Notes: a model not told the origin generated them from the letters alone. DNA of 64,000 bases from Gemmatimonas sp. (GCA_011390805.1 JAABRT010000005.1:9649-73648); one strand, 5' to 3'; positions 42,201 through 52,251 are shown, counted from the stretch's first letter. Made by a program: numbers and translations.

Positions 42201-42854
42201 CTACAGCGGAACCTCGGCCACGTGATCATCGACAATGGCAAACGCACGCTCCCCACGCGAAGGTGTCCACGCGCCTCCGCCTGTAAAGGCCGAAAACGCG
42301 GGCAGCATCAAATAGTTCGATCCCAGCACAAAACACGGTAGTCGAACCCGATCTCCACCGCGCCCTGCAAGCTTCACATTGGGGTGCAAATGTCCGCACA
42401 ATGTGATGCCCTGCACGTGCGCGTGTGGTGGTTCATGCGCGCAAATGACATCGTGGAGGGAGAGGGTATCGTAGGTCTCGATACCAAGCCCGCTGGGCGG
42501 GTCGCCAGCGTGCGCGTCATGATTGCCTCGCACCAGCGTGATCTGCAGCGATGGCCAACGCGAACGCCAGGCCATCACCGGCTCAAGGGCGCGGCTGTTC
42601 CATCCATGTCGTGAGTGCGCCAGATCGCCGAGGATCAGCAACCGTTCGGCATTGGTGCGGCCAAGCAAACGGTCCAGTCGTGTGAGATCGGCGGTGGTAC
42701 CACCCCCCGGCACCGGGACACCGTTGGCGCGCATGGCAGTGGCCTTGCCCCAGTGCACGTCGGCAATCGCGACCGTGCGCTGCCCGGGCAGTTCCACGGC
42801 GCGTTCCGCGTGCAGGACCACGGTGGCAGCGTTGCCGGGCAGTGTGACGTTCAT
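42201..42854 (-). CDS. pdeM: Ligase-associated DNA damage response phosphoesterase/endonuclease PdeM (MPE)
   Basis: Metallophosphoesterase motifs ADVHWGK, LLILGDLAHS, RGNHD, GHLHP. It sits downstream of the Lhr-like helicase. Confidence 0.85.
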   Translation of the reverse strand: MNVTLPGNAATVVLHAERAVELPGQRTVAIADVHWGKATAMRANGVPVPGGGTTADLTRLDRLLGRTNAERLLILGDLAHSRHGWNSRALEPVMAWRSRWPSLQITLVRGNHDAHAGDPPSGLGIETYDTLSLHDVICAHEPPHAHVQGITLCGHLHPNVKLAGRGGDRVRLPCFVLGSNYLMLPAFSAFTGGGAWTPSRGERAFAIVDDHVAEVPL

Positions 42855-43023
42855 GCGAACAAAGCTACACTGTTGAGCGACCTGCTCTGCTACGCCGTTG
42901 GTGTGCTGCTTGCGGCTGTCATTGATGTACGCTTGAGGCCAACGGCTTTCTCGTCACGATAACGAGGCGCGAGACACCGGCATGCGGCGAATCCGCGATA
43001 TCCACCAATGCACAGGGACTGGG

Positions 43024-45648
43024 CTATCCCGACTTGCCCGGCCAGAGCTGTTGTCGCCCTCTCACCGCCGGTCGTTCAGACTGCGCCGTCATGCGACGCA
43101 CACGATCCGACAGCTTCTCGGTGCTCAGCTTCTGACGCGTGCGGTCAACCAGCAATGGAAAGGCCAGAGGCGTGGGACGCTCCACATCAATGACGCGCAC
43201 ATTGCTGGCCGAGAGCCGCGTGAGGACGCGTCCAATGCGACTGGCCTCAAGCTGCCGCTCCAATACTTCACGCTGCGCCTGATGCAGCAGCAGGTTGTCA
43301 GGATCAAATCGCGAGAACACGTCAAACAGCAACCCGCTGGACGCTTGCACCTGCTTGATGGATTTCTGCTGCCCCGGAAACCCGCTGAAAATCAGACCGG
43401 CTACACGTGCGATTTCACGGAACTGTCGCCGCGCGAGCTCAGCCGCATTGAGGCTTTGTGTGATGTCGTGCAGCATGTGCGCCGGAGACAGCAGTCCGCC
43501 GTCAAGTGCTTCCTCCAACGGCGCGAGCTCCGGCGAGAGTAACTCGAAACCGTAATCGTTGCAGGCGAAGCTGAAGGTAATGGGACCGTGCTGCGCAATG
43601 CGGTAGGCGAACAGTGCCGACAGTCCTTCATGCACCAAACGTCCTTCAAAGGGATAAATGAAGAGGTGAAATCCCTCGCGCGTTTCACAGCGTTCAATGA
43701 GCAGTTCTTGAGGTCGCGGAATCGCTGAACGCTCAGCCTGCAGCAGCAACAGCGGTTTGATTGCCTGCAGCTCAGCGGTGTTGTACACACCCGTGCGTGC
43801 GTTCTCCAGCGTGTCGCGCACCGCCGATGCCAACTCTGTAGACAGCGGCATGCGTGCGCCGGCCCAACGCGGAATCGCATGCGCCATGGACTTGGCCTTG
43901 CGCACCCAGGCCACCAGATCACGCACGCGCACAAACTCAAGCGCCCGGCCGGAAAACAGGAACACGTCCCCGGGCTTGAGGCGCGCAATAAAACTCTCCT
44001 CCACTGAGCCGATGCGCCCACCGCTCATGAAGCGCACGGCAATGGATGTATCGCTGACGATTGTGCCGATGTTCAGTATGTGACGCCGCGCAACCTGTGC
44101 GTCGCGCACGCGATAAAGTGCTCCGTCGAATACCAGTCGCGCGTACTCGGGGTAGGCCTGCAGCGTATCGCCACCACGCGTGGCAAAGTCAATTGCCCAG
44201 TCAAGTTCCTCCCGTGTGAGCGACTGATACGCACGCGTGGTACGCAGTTCAGCCAGCGCTCCGTCAGCTGTGAAGCCACCGCCGAGTGCCAGCGTCACGA
44301 GATGTTGTACGAGCAGATCAAGTGGCCGGTCCACCGGATCGCGTGATTCGATGGCCATGGCGCGCATGGCGTCACGCGCCGCAGAGACTTCGATGAGCTC
44401 CAGTGCGTTGGTTGGCACACAGACAATGCGCGACACACGCCCGGGCGAATGGCCTGATCTGCCGGCCCGCTGCAGCAGACGGGCAACCCCCTTGGGGCTG
44501 CCGATTTGCATGACCACATCAACTGGCGAAAAATCCACGCCCAGGTCGAGCGAAGACGTTGAAACAACAATGCGAAACCGGCCGCTGCGCAGTCCGTCCT
44601 CTACGGAGCGACGCTGTTTGACGTCCAGTGAACCGTGGTGGAGCGCGGTGAACTCAAACCAGTCAGGACGTGCGGTACAGATAGACTGGAACCACAGCTC
44701 GCACTGGCTGCGGGTGTTGGTGAATACGATGGCGCTTTCGGCCTGTTCAAGTCGCTCAAGGACCTGCGGGAGCAGTTTGACATTGAGGTGCCCGGCCCAT
44801 GGGAAGCGATCCATGGTTTCCGGGACAAGTGACTCAACAACGATCTCCTTCGGTACGAGGCCGCGAATGAGATTTGCCTCATTCGGTACTGCGGCTGGTG
44901 CGTCATGCTTCACGCTATCCCGTGCGGGGCGACGCTTTGGTGAGTGCGCAGATGCATGCGCTGGAGCGCGATTGCCCACCAGCGTATCGCGCGCGACTTC
45001 CAGATTGCCAAGCGTGGCCGACAGGCCCCACGTACGGAGCTGTGGAGCAATGGCACGCAGTCGTGCGAGTGCCAACTCCGTTTGCGCACCGCGTTTGGTT
45101 GAGAGCAGTTCGTGCCACTCATCAACAATCACGCAGCGCAGATTGCTGAACAGCGACGCGTGGTCCTCCCGGCACAACATGAGGGTGAGCGACTCCGGTG
45201 TTGTAATCAGTGCTGTGGGTAAACGCTCACGTTGCCGTTGGCGCAGCGATGACTTTGTGTCTCCCGTGCGCGATTCCACTGTCCACGGAAGTCCAAAATC
45301 CTGCACGGGCTCAAGCAGCGCGCGTTCAGTATCGGCCGCCAGCGCACGCAGTGGCGTAATCCAGAGTACCCGCAGCGGATCGCTGGCATCGCGTTTGCGC
45401 CGTTTAGCTGCAGGCACCGCTTCGTGCCGTTCGTTCAGTGCCTCGGCAACCGGACCAAGCCACGCCGCGTAGGTTTTACCGGTGCCGGTAGCCGCGTGAA
45501 TCATCCCCGATTCGCCGCGTGCGTAGGCGTCCCATACCTCACGCTGGAACTCAAACGGCGACCAGCCGCGCGACGCAAACCACGCGTTTATGCGCTCCGC
45601 GGAAGACAACGTGGAATCGGTGCGTTTGCGTGCTGTTGTGACGGTCAT
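43024..45648 (-). CDS. Ligase-associated DNA damage response DEXH-box helicase (Lhr-core type)
   Basis: AATGTGKTYAAW, DEWH (VIVDEWHELL), SATL and QRAGRSGH. ATG 45648 overlaps the ligase stop (ATGA), so the track start at 45729 is rejected. Confidence 0.9.
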   Translation of the reverse strand: MTVTTARKRTDSTLSSAERINAWFASRGWSPFEFQREVWDAYARGESGMIHAATGTGKTYAAWLGPVAEALNERHEAVPAAKRRKRDASDPLRVLWITPLRALAADTERALLEPVQDFGLPWTVESRTGDTKSSLRQRQRERLPTALITTPESLTLMLCREDHASLFSNLRCVIVDEWHELLSTKRGAQTELALARLRAIAPQLRTWGLSATLGNLEVARDTLVGNRAPAHASAHSPKRRPARDSVKHDAPAAVPNEANLIRGLVPKEIVVESLVPETMDRFPWAGHLNVKLLPQVLERLEQAESAIVFTNTRSQCELWFQSICTARPDWFEFTALHHGSLDVKQRRSVEDGLRSGRFRIVVSTSSLDLGVDFSPVDVVMQIGSPKGVARLLQRAGRSGHSPGRVSRIVCVPTNALELIEVSAARDAMRAMAIESRDPVDRPLDLLVQHLVTLALGGGFTADGALAELRTTRAYQSLTREELDWAIDFATRGGDTLQAYPEYARLVFDGALYRVRDAQVARRHILNIGTIVSDTSIAVRFMSGGRIGSVEESFIARLKPGDVFLFSGRALEFVRVRDLVAWVRKAKSMAHAIPRWAGARMPLSTELASAVRDTLENARTGVYNTAELQAIKPLLLLQAERSAIPRPQELLIERCETREGFHLFIYPFEGRLVHEGLSALFAYRIAQHGPITFSFACNDYGFELLSPELAPLEEALDGGLLSPAHMLHDITQSLNAAELARRQFREIARVAGLIFSGFPGQQKSIKQVQASSGLLFDVFSRFDPDNLLLHQAQREVLERQLEASRIGRVLTRLSASNVRVIDVERPTPLAFPLLVDRTRQKLSTEKLSDRVRRMTAQSERPAVRGRQQLWPGKSG

Positions 45649-47249
45649 GCACCATCCCGCTGCGCGCGCAACAGGCTGCGCACGGTTTCGAGTGAGTCGG
45701 CTTCGCTCGCGGGCTTGTCCTTGCGCCACCGCAACATGCGCGGAAAGCGCACCGCAATGCCGCTCTTGTGACGCGTGCTTTCCTGAATGCCTTCAAACGC
45801 CAACTCGAACACGAGCTCCGGTACAACGGTGCGCACCGGGCCGAACTTTTCCCTGGTATTGGCGCGCACAAAACGATCAACCTCACGAATCTCCGCATCG
45901 GTAAGTCCGGAGTACGCTTTGGCAAAGGGCACAAGCGCGTCGCCGTCCCATACGGCAAAGGTGTAGTCGGTAAACAAACCGGCACGACGCCCGTGACCAG
46001 CCTGTGCATACACAAGCACCGCATCAACGGTGAGTGGCGCCACCTTCCACTTGTACCAGTCGCCGGTGCGCCTGCCCACTCCGTATGCGGAATCACGCCG
46101 CTTGAGCATGAGTCCTTCGGCCTCTTGCGCGCGTGATGCATTGCGCGCCGCTGCAATGTCATCCCAGCTTGCCTCCGTGAGCAGGGGAGATACTGAAACG
46201 GGGGCGCCGGTTGGTAGCGCGGTCACAATGCTCTCCAGATATGACCGGCGAACATTTAGTGTCTCACTGCGCACATCGCGTCCGCCAACTTCCAGACAAT
46301 CGTACGCCACGAGGTGGACCGGGACATCTGCCAGCAACTTCTTGCCCACAGTCTTTCTGTTCAACCGTCGTTGCAGCGCCGTAAAGGGCAGCGGCTTTCC
46401 ATCACGCCAGGCGAGCAACTCTCCATCGAGCACGGTACCATCGGGCAGAAACGACACCGCCGCCTCGACTTCGGGGAACCGTCCGGCCAGCAGATCTTCG
46501 CCGCGGCTCCAGAGAAAAATGCGTCCTTTACGATGGATTACCTGCGCGCGGATGCCGTCCCATTTCCATTCCACCTGCCAGAGTTCCCGCGCGCCGAGCG
46601 ATGCGGGTTGTGCATCAAGTGCATAGGCCAGAAAAAACGGGTACGGCTGGCTCCAGTCGGCGTCACTCGTTTCAGTCGATAGCAATGACTCAAACCATGT
46701 GCCGCTCGGTTCCCATTGGCCCATGAGGCGATGGGCAATGACATCGGCTTCGATACCGCTCGCAGCCGCCAGAGCGCGCACTACCAGACCGTCGGATACA
46801 CCAACGCGAAACGCCCCGGTGAGCAGCTTGTTGAACACAAATCGCGAGGTGCCAGAGAGCTCGGCCCACGACTGCAACAACACGTCACGCTGATGCGGCA
46901 CATCAAGCGACTTGAGTGGCAGCAAGGTGTGCTCAACCCAGTCGGCGAGCGTGCGTGTGCTGTGGCTTTGGGCTTCCGGTATGAGCAGTGAAATCGCTTC
47001 CGCCAGATCACCGGTTTGCGAGTACGACTCTTCAAACAGCCAATCGGGAATATCCGCAGCCTGAGCCGCCCATACACGCAAATCGGGGGCACGCACCATG
47101 CGCTTGGGCCGGCGACCGGTAAGGAACGCCACCGCCCACGCGCTGTCGGCAGCCGGCGCACTCTGAAAGTACGCGGTCAGTGCCGCGACTTTGCTTTGTG
47201 TGCCCGTCGACGCATCAATGGCATCGTACAACTCGGCGAAGCGTATCAC
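45645..47249 (-). CDS. ATP-dependent DNA ligase (ligase-associated DNA damage response cluster type)
   Basis: Nucleotidyl-transferase motif I EWKWDGIRAQV. Its GTG start overlaps the exonuclease stop (GTGA). Confidence 0.9.
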   Translation of the reverse strand: MIRFAELYDAIDASTGTQSKVAALTAYFQSAPAADSAWAVAFLTGRRPKRMVRAPDLRVWAAQAADIPDWLFEESYSQTGDLAEAISLLIPEAQSHSTRTLADWVEHTLLPLKSLDVPHQRDVLLQSWAELSGTSRFVFNKLLTGAFRVGVSDGLVVRALAAASGIEADVIAHRLMGQWEPSGTWFESLLSTETSDADWSQPYPFFLAYALDAQPASLGARELWQVEWKWDGIRAQVIHRKGRIFLWSRGEDLLAGRFPEVEAAVSFLPDGTVLDGELLAWRDGKPLPFTALQRRLNRKTVGKKLLADVPVHLVAYDCLEVGGRDVRSETLNVRRSYLESIVTALPTGAPVSVSPLLTEASWDDIAAARNASRAQEAEGLMLKRRDSAYGVGRRTGDWYKWKVAPLTVDAVLVYAQAGHGRRAGLFTDYTFAVWDGDALVPFAKAYSGLTDAEIREVDRFVRANTREKFGPVRTVVPELVFELAFEGIQESTRHKSGIAVRFPRMLRWRKDKPASEADSLETVRSLLRAQRDGA

Positions 47250-48316
47250 CCGGCTGCGTCCTCGACAGCGTCGCTCTTTGCGGCAGCGGCATTTGTATCA
47301 TCTGTGTTCGTGTCATCCACCGCCGTATCATCACGCTCCCCCTCAAAGCGCGTCTCCAGCGCGTGTGCCTCATAGCCGCGCTCGCGCAGCCAGCGCACCA
47401 CGGGTCCGGTGAAACCGTGCGTTGCCCACACGCGCTCCGCACCCGTTTCCGATATCGCCTGCTGCAACTGCGGCCAGTCCACATGATCCGACAGTGTGAA
47501 GCCGCGATCAACACCGCGCCGACGCCGGGCACCGCGCACCAGCATCCAGCCGCTGGCAAAGGCTGCCGACGATTTGCCAAAGCGCCGCTTCCACGTGGAG
47601 CCATCGGCGCTGGGAGGCGCCACTACAATCGCACGTGACCACGCCGGGTCTCGTTTGTCCACCGTGGCGTACGTGGTGGCCGGCATGGCGATACCTGCGT
47701 CGCGGTACAGCGCAGTCATTGTCTCAACCGCACCATGTGTCAGAATCGGACCGATCGATGGATCGAGTCCAGACAACAAACGCTGCGCTTTGCCGAGCGC
47801 ATAGCCGTAAAGCAATGAGGCGCGTCCGGCATCGGCATTCGCGCGCCACCACGCGTTGATCTGCGCGAACACGGTCTCCTGCGAGGGCCAGCGATACACG
47901 GGCAGCCCGAATGTGCATTCCGTGATGAATGTGTGGCAACGCACCGGCTCCCAGGGAGCGCAGGTTGCATCGGCGTCTGTTTTGTAATCGCCCGATACCA
48001 CCCACACCTCGCCACGATGCTCTACACGTACCTGTGCCGATCCGAGAATGTGTCCGGCCGGATGAAGCGAGAACTGTACTCCGTTGATTGTCGTGGTCTC
48101 ACCGTACCCGATGCTTTGCACGCGGTCAGCGTAGCTGCCCAGCCGTTGGCGCGAGACGCCGAGCCCTTGCGACGACACGAGATAGCGTTGATGTCCCCAA
48201 CGCAGGTGGTCCGCGTGGGCGTGCGTGATGACGGCACGATCAACAGGCTTCCATGGATCGATGTAGGCGTCGGCGGCTTCGCACCACAAGCCGCGGTCGG
48301 TGAGTTGGAGCAGCAT
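47246..48316 (-). CDS. Ligase-associated DNA damage response exonuclease (metallo-beta-lactamase fold)
   Basis: HxHxDH motif ITHAHADH. N-terminus MLLQLTDRGLWCEAADAYIDPWKP. ATG 48316 is preferred over GTG 48400. Confidence 0.85.
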   Translation of the reverse strand: MLLQLTDRGLWCEAADAYIDPWKPVDRAVITHAHADHLRWGHQRYLVSSQGLGVSRQRLGSYADRVQSIGYGETTTINGVQFSLHPAGHILGSAQVRVEHRGEVWVVSGDYKTDADATCAPWEPVRCHTFITECTFGLPVYRWPSQETVFAQINAWWRANADAGRASLLYGYALGKAQRLLSGLDPSIGPILTHGAVETMTALYRDAGIAMPATTYATVDKRDPAWSRAIVVAPPSADGSTWKRRFGKSSAAFASGWMLVRGARRRRGVDRGFTLSDHVDWPQLQQAISETGAERVWATHGFTGPVVRWLRERGYEAHALETRFEGERDDTAVDDTNTDDTNAAAAKSDAVEDAAG

Positions 48317-48445
48317 GGATGATGAGCGAATGATCTCGATCGGGTGTTCCGGTGCGCCGCTGCGGAAGAGCGAGGGTGTGAGGCGCGCCCGGCTGTCCAC
48401 AGCCTTCAGTGTGATGTCTCACGCGGCGAGCCCTCGTGTCGTAAT

Positions 48446-51097
48446 ATGACAGATACCATGAAAATGAATTCCATGCCTGTATTCAGCTCTGCTGTCCAGT
48501 CCAGTGCGCGACGCCTGGCAACACCACACAGTGCGTGGCTGCTGAGCTCCCGTCTCACGGCCGGTGTGGCCATGCTCATGGGGCTGGCGGCCTGCGGTGA
48601 CGCCAATGGCGAAGGTGAACGGTCCGAGCCCGCTCCGGGGGTTGCCGTTGCGCTCGCCGAACACCGCGCCGAGGTGATTTCGTCGGTGCGTTACGACGCG
48701 GCGTTTGATATTCCGTTGTCGCGAGACTCAGCCGTAACCGGGACCGTGGACATCAGCTTTGGGCTGCGGGACACGCTGCAGCCGCTGGTGCTCGATTTCC
48801 GGGCACCGCCCGACCATGTGTTGAGCGTGCGGCTTAACGGCGCTGAGGTACCGTATACGCTGCCTGCAGATCACATCGTAATTCCCGGCAGCGCCCTTTC
48901 GGCCGGAGAGCACACGGTCAGTGTGGCGTTTCGCAGCACCAACGACGCGCTCAACCGGCAGGAGGAGTTCTTTTACGCGCTCTTCGTGCCGGACCGTGCG
49001 TCCACTGCGCTGCCGGTGTTTGAACAGCCTGACCTGAAGGCGCGTTTTGCACTCACGCTGACGGTGCCGAGCGATTGGAAAGCACTCGCCAACGGTGCGC
49101 AGCTTTCGCGCGAGTCGTTGGGTAACGGTCGCGACCGTGTGCAGTTTGCCGAGTCAGCGCCAATCAGTACGTATCTCTTTTCATTTGCAGCGGGCGTGCT
49201 GCAAGTGGATTCTGCACAGCGCGGCGGCCGCACACTCACCATGTACCATCGGGAGAGTGACGCCGCAAAGTTTGCGCGCAATCGCGACGCGATCTATGAC
49301 TTGCACGCTACAGCCATCGATTGGCTGGAAGAGTATACGCGCATTGAATATCCGTTTGACAAGTTTGCGTTTTTTGCGATTCCTGCGTTCCAGTTTGGTG
49401 GCATGGAACATCCCGGTGCCATCTGGTATCGCGCCGAATCGCTGTTCCTTGATCCGTCGGCCTCGAGAACGCAGGAACTCGGACGGGCCAGTTTGATCGC
49501 GCACGAAACAGCGCACATGTGGTTTGGTGATCTGGTCACCATGCGCTGGTTCAACGACGTCTGGATGAAAGAGGTGTTCGCCAACTTCATGGCCGCAAAA
49601 ATCGCCGGGCCGTCGTTTCCGGATATCAACCTCCCGCTGCGCTTCTTTCAGTCGCACCACCCGGCCGCGTACAACGTAGACCGGACAGCGGGTACCAACG
49701 CCATACGTCAGCCGCTGGACAACCTGCGTGATGCCGGATCGCTCTACGGGGCGATCATTTATCAGAAGGCCCCGGTTGTGATGCAACAGCTGGAGTCGCT
49801 GGTGGGAGAGGCTGTGTTGCGCGATGGACTGCGTGCGTATCTGGACCGCTACCAGTTCGGCAATGCGACGTGGACAGATCTGATCGAGATTCTGGATGCA
49901 CTCAGCCCCGTTGATCTGACCTCCTGGAGCGAGGTGTGGGTAAACGAAGCGGGACGCCCACGCGTACAGGTTGTCCTGTCTGATTCGGGTGTGGCGCTCA
50001 GGCAATCCGATCCTGTGGCACAGCGAAATCTGCTGTGGCCACAATCGCTGGTTTTGGCTACAGGTCGCGACTCGCTCATTACGCTCGATACGCTGTACAT
50101 GGGCGGTCGCGAAGCTTTCCTGCGCGTCGCTTCCCGGCCAACGTTCGTGCTGCCCGGCGCTGATGGCGTAGGCTACGGCCGCTTTGTACTCGATGCACAA
50201 AGCCGAACGGCATTGCTACCTCAAGCAGCAACGCTCAAGGATCCGCTGCACCGTGCCGTCGCCTTTCAGTCGCTCTGGGAAGAGGTGCTTGAGGATTCGC
50301 TAGCCGCTGAGCCGTTTGCGCGGGCCACGCTCAATGCGTTGCGCCAGGAAGACAACGAATTGGTGGCGCAGCAGCTCATTGGTTTGCTGCGCGGTGCCTA
50401 CTGGCGCTTTGTGCCCGACGCCGTTCGCATACAAATGGCACCGGAAGTGGAATCGGTGCTCTGGACGCTGCTTGATGAGGCCAGCTCGGCGGGCCGAAAG
50501 GGTGCGTACTTCAGTGCGCTCACGAGTATGGCGCTGTCCGACAGTGGGGTCGCGCGGCTGGAACGCATCTGGCGTACCCAAGAACCACCAGCCGGTTTGC
50601 CGCTGGCCGAACAACAGTACATCGCACTGGCCGAAGCGTTGGCGCTGCGCAATGTGAGTAACGCCAGCGAGATTCTGTCCACGCAGGAATCACGCATCAG
50701 CAACCCCGATCGCCTGGCGCGTTTCAGATTCATGCGGCCGGCGTTGAGTGCCAACTCGTCAACGCGTGACTCGCTGTTTGCGACATTCGCCAGCGTGGAG
50801 AACCGCCGCCGCGAATCGTGGGTGTTGGACGCCATGTCGGCCATGCATCACCCGCTTCGGTCACAGGAGTCGGTTGGCTCGGTGCGTGCGAGTCTCGATC
50901 TTGTTGAGGAGATACAGGCCACCGGCGACATTTTCTTCCCGCTGCGCTGGCTGTCCGCCACGCTCGACGGTCACCGTTCAGCTCAGGCGGCTGAAGTCGT
51001 GAGAGCGTTCTTGCGGGAAAACCTCGATCTGCCGCCGCGACTGCGCGGCAAGGTGCTGCAAGCGGCCGATGACCTGTTCCGCGTGACCTCGCAGTAA
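48446..51097 (+). CDS. M1-family zinc aminopeptidase (aminopeptidase N-like), lipoprotein
   Basis: The GAMEN-equivalent GGMEHPG, and HETAH followed 18 residues later by E (HETAHMWFGDLVTMRWFNDVWMKE). Lipobox MGLAACGD. The start is uncertain (48446, 48458, 48464 or 48473). Confidence 0.9.
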   Translation: MTDTMKMNSMPVFSSAVQSSARRLATPHSAWLLSSRLTAGVAMLMGLAACGDANGEGERSEPAPGVAVALAEHRAEVISSVRYDAAFDIPLSRDSAVTGTVDISFGLRDTLQPLVLDFRAPPDHVLSVRLNGAEVPYTLPADHIVIPGSALSAGEHTVSVAFRSTNDALNRQEEFFYALFVPDRASTALPVFEQPDLKARFALTLTVPSDWKALANGAQLSRESLGNGRDRVQFAESAPISTYLFSFAAGVLQVDSAQRGGRTLTMYHRESDAAKFARNRDAIYDLHATAIDWLEEYTRIEYPFDKFAFFAIPAFQFGGMEHPGAIWYRAESLFLDPSASRTQELGRASLIAHETAHMWFGDLVTMRWFNDVWMKEVFANFMAAKIAGPSFPDINLPLRFFQSHHPAAYNVDRTAGTNAIRQPLDNLRDAGSLYGAIIYQKAPVVMQQLESLVGEAVLRDGLRAYLDRYQFGNATWTDLIEILDALSPVDLTSWSEVWVNEAGRPRVQVVLSDSGVALRQSDPVAQRNLLWPQSLVLATGRDSLITLDTLYMGGREAFLRVASRPTFVLPGADGVGYGRFVLDAQSRTALLPQAATLKDPLHRAVAFQSLWEEVLEDSLAAEPFARATLNALRQEDNELVAQQLIGLLRGAYWRFVPDAVRIQMAPEVESVLWTLLDEASSAGRKGAYFSALTSMALSDSGVARLERIWRTQEPPAGLPLAEQQYIALAEALALRNVSNASEILSTQESRISNPDRLARFRFMRPALSANSSTRDSLFATFASVENRRRESWVLDAMSAMHHPLRSQESVGSVRASLDLVEEIQATGDIFFPLRWLSATLDGHRSAQAAEVVRAFLRENLDLPPRLRGKVLQAADDLFRVTSQ

Positions 51098-51123
51098 CCC
51101 GCACCCGCCACCGCAGTTGTTGT

Positions 51124-52164
51124 TTACGGCACGATGATCGTGACACCCGGATGCGGATGTGTGTTCATGGTCGCCAGCGCCTGCGGTGCGTGATCCAGCG
51201 TGAGCCGGCGGGTGATGAGTTGTGCTGGCTTGAGCTGTCCGTCGGCAACCATGCGCAGCATGGCCGGATATGCGTGTGCCGCCATGCCGTGGCTGCCGAT
51301 CAGCTCAAGCTCCCGTGAGATGAGCAGATGCAGCGGTAAACGCGGCTCGGCGTCTGCACCGGCCAGCAGCCCCACCTGCACGTGCCGGCCGTTTCGCGCG
51401 AGAGAGCACAGCGCGTTACGCGCGGTCACGGCCGATCCGAGCGCGTCGTACGCACTCTGCACACCACCGCGGGTGATGTCGTGAATATGCGCCGCGATAT
51501 CTGTCACTTCGGTCGCATTGATGACGACTTCCGCGCCGTTTTCACGTGCCAATGCAAGCGCTTCGGGTGATACGTCAATCGCGATCACGCGAGCGCCCAA
51601 CGCATGCGCAATCATGACGGCCGACAGGCCCACGCCGCCACAACCGAACACCGCGGCCCACTCACCTGGTGCCGTACGTCCCTGCGTCACCACGGCGCGA
51701 AACGCGGTGGCAAATCGACAGCCAAGTGAGGCCGCTGTATCGAACGACATGTCATCGGGTAATGCGACAAGATTCACGTCGGCGTGATCAATAGCCACCA
51801 GCTCGGCGTATGATCCCCAGTGCGTAAATCCCGGTTGTGTTTGCTGTTCACACACCTGCTGCTGGCCGCGCGCACAGGTGGCGCACGAACCGCAGGCACA
51901 CACAAACGGCACGGTGATACGCGCATCCGGCTTCCATCGCACGACGTCGCGACCAACCGCGACAATCTCACCGGCCAGCTCATGTCCCGGCACGTGAGGA
52001 AAGGACGTAATGTCGGGGTCGTGTCCCTGCCAGCCATGCCAGTCGCTGCGGCAAAGACCGGTGGCGCGCACACGGATCACGGCGCCGTGTGATGCCGGAA
52101 CCGGGTCGGGAAGGGAGACCACCGACAGTGGTCCTCCAAATCGCTCGTATGCAACAGCACGCAT
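51124..52164 (-). CDS. Zinc-dependent alcohol dehydrogenase (MDR family)
   Basis: GLCRSDWH, PGHELAGEIVAVG, structural-zinc Cys cluster CACGSCATCARG, and GCGGVGLSAV. Confidence 0.9.
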   Translation of the reverse strand: MRAVAYERFGGPLSVVSLPDPVPASHGAVIRVRATGLCRSDWHGWQGHDPDITSFPHVPGHELAGEIVAVGRDVVRWKPDARITVPFVCACGSCATCARGQQQVCEQQTQPGFTHWGSYAELVAIDHADVNLVALPDDMSFDTAASLGCRFATAFRAVVTQGRTAPGEWAAVFGCGGVGLSAVMIAHALGARVIAIDVSPEALALARENGAEVVINATEVTDIAAHIHDITRGGVQSAYDALGSAVTARNALCSLARNGRHVQVGLLAGADAEPRLPLHLLISRELELIGSHGMAAHAYPAMLRMVADGQLKPAQLITRRLTLDHAPQALATMNTHPHPGVTIIVP

Positions 52165-52180
52165 GGGCGCGGGTGGAAGG

Positions 52181-52210
52181 TGATATGAGCCGATGTGAGG
52201 CGATATCAGT
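52181..52210. repeat. Three helically phased 10-bp direct repeats in a divergent promoter region
   Basis: TGATATGAGC, CGATGTGAGG and CGATATCAGT are consecutive 10-mers with core GAT[A/G]T[G/C]AG. They lie between the ADH start (52164) and the tesB start (52252), followed by an AT-rich stretch. Confidence 0.6.
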
Positions 52211-52251
52211 GAATAAAAACAGCAGGATGACAGCTCAGTAGATTATAGGGC

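Noticed and set aside
42855-43023. Small ORFs or RNA in the 169-nt gap between the helicase and pdeM
   Set aside because: Only 9-10-codon ATG ORFs without ribosome-binding sites, plus a 5-bp hairpin (CTCGT...ACGAG). Nothing is supportable. The gap is noted only as an oddity within the operon.
44237-45472. 411-aa plus-strand ORF
   Set aside because: It is antisense to the Lhr-type helicase, which carries all helicase motifs. The composition is Ser/Arg/Ala-rich nonsense.
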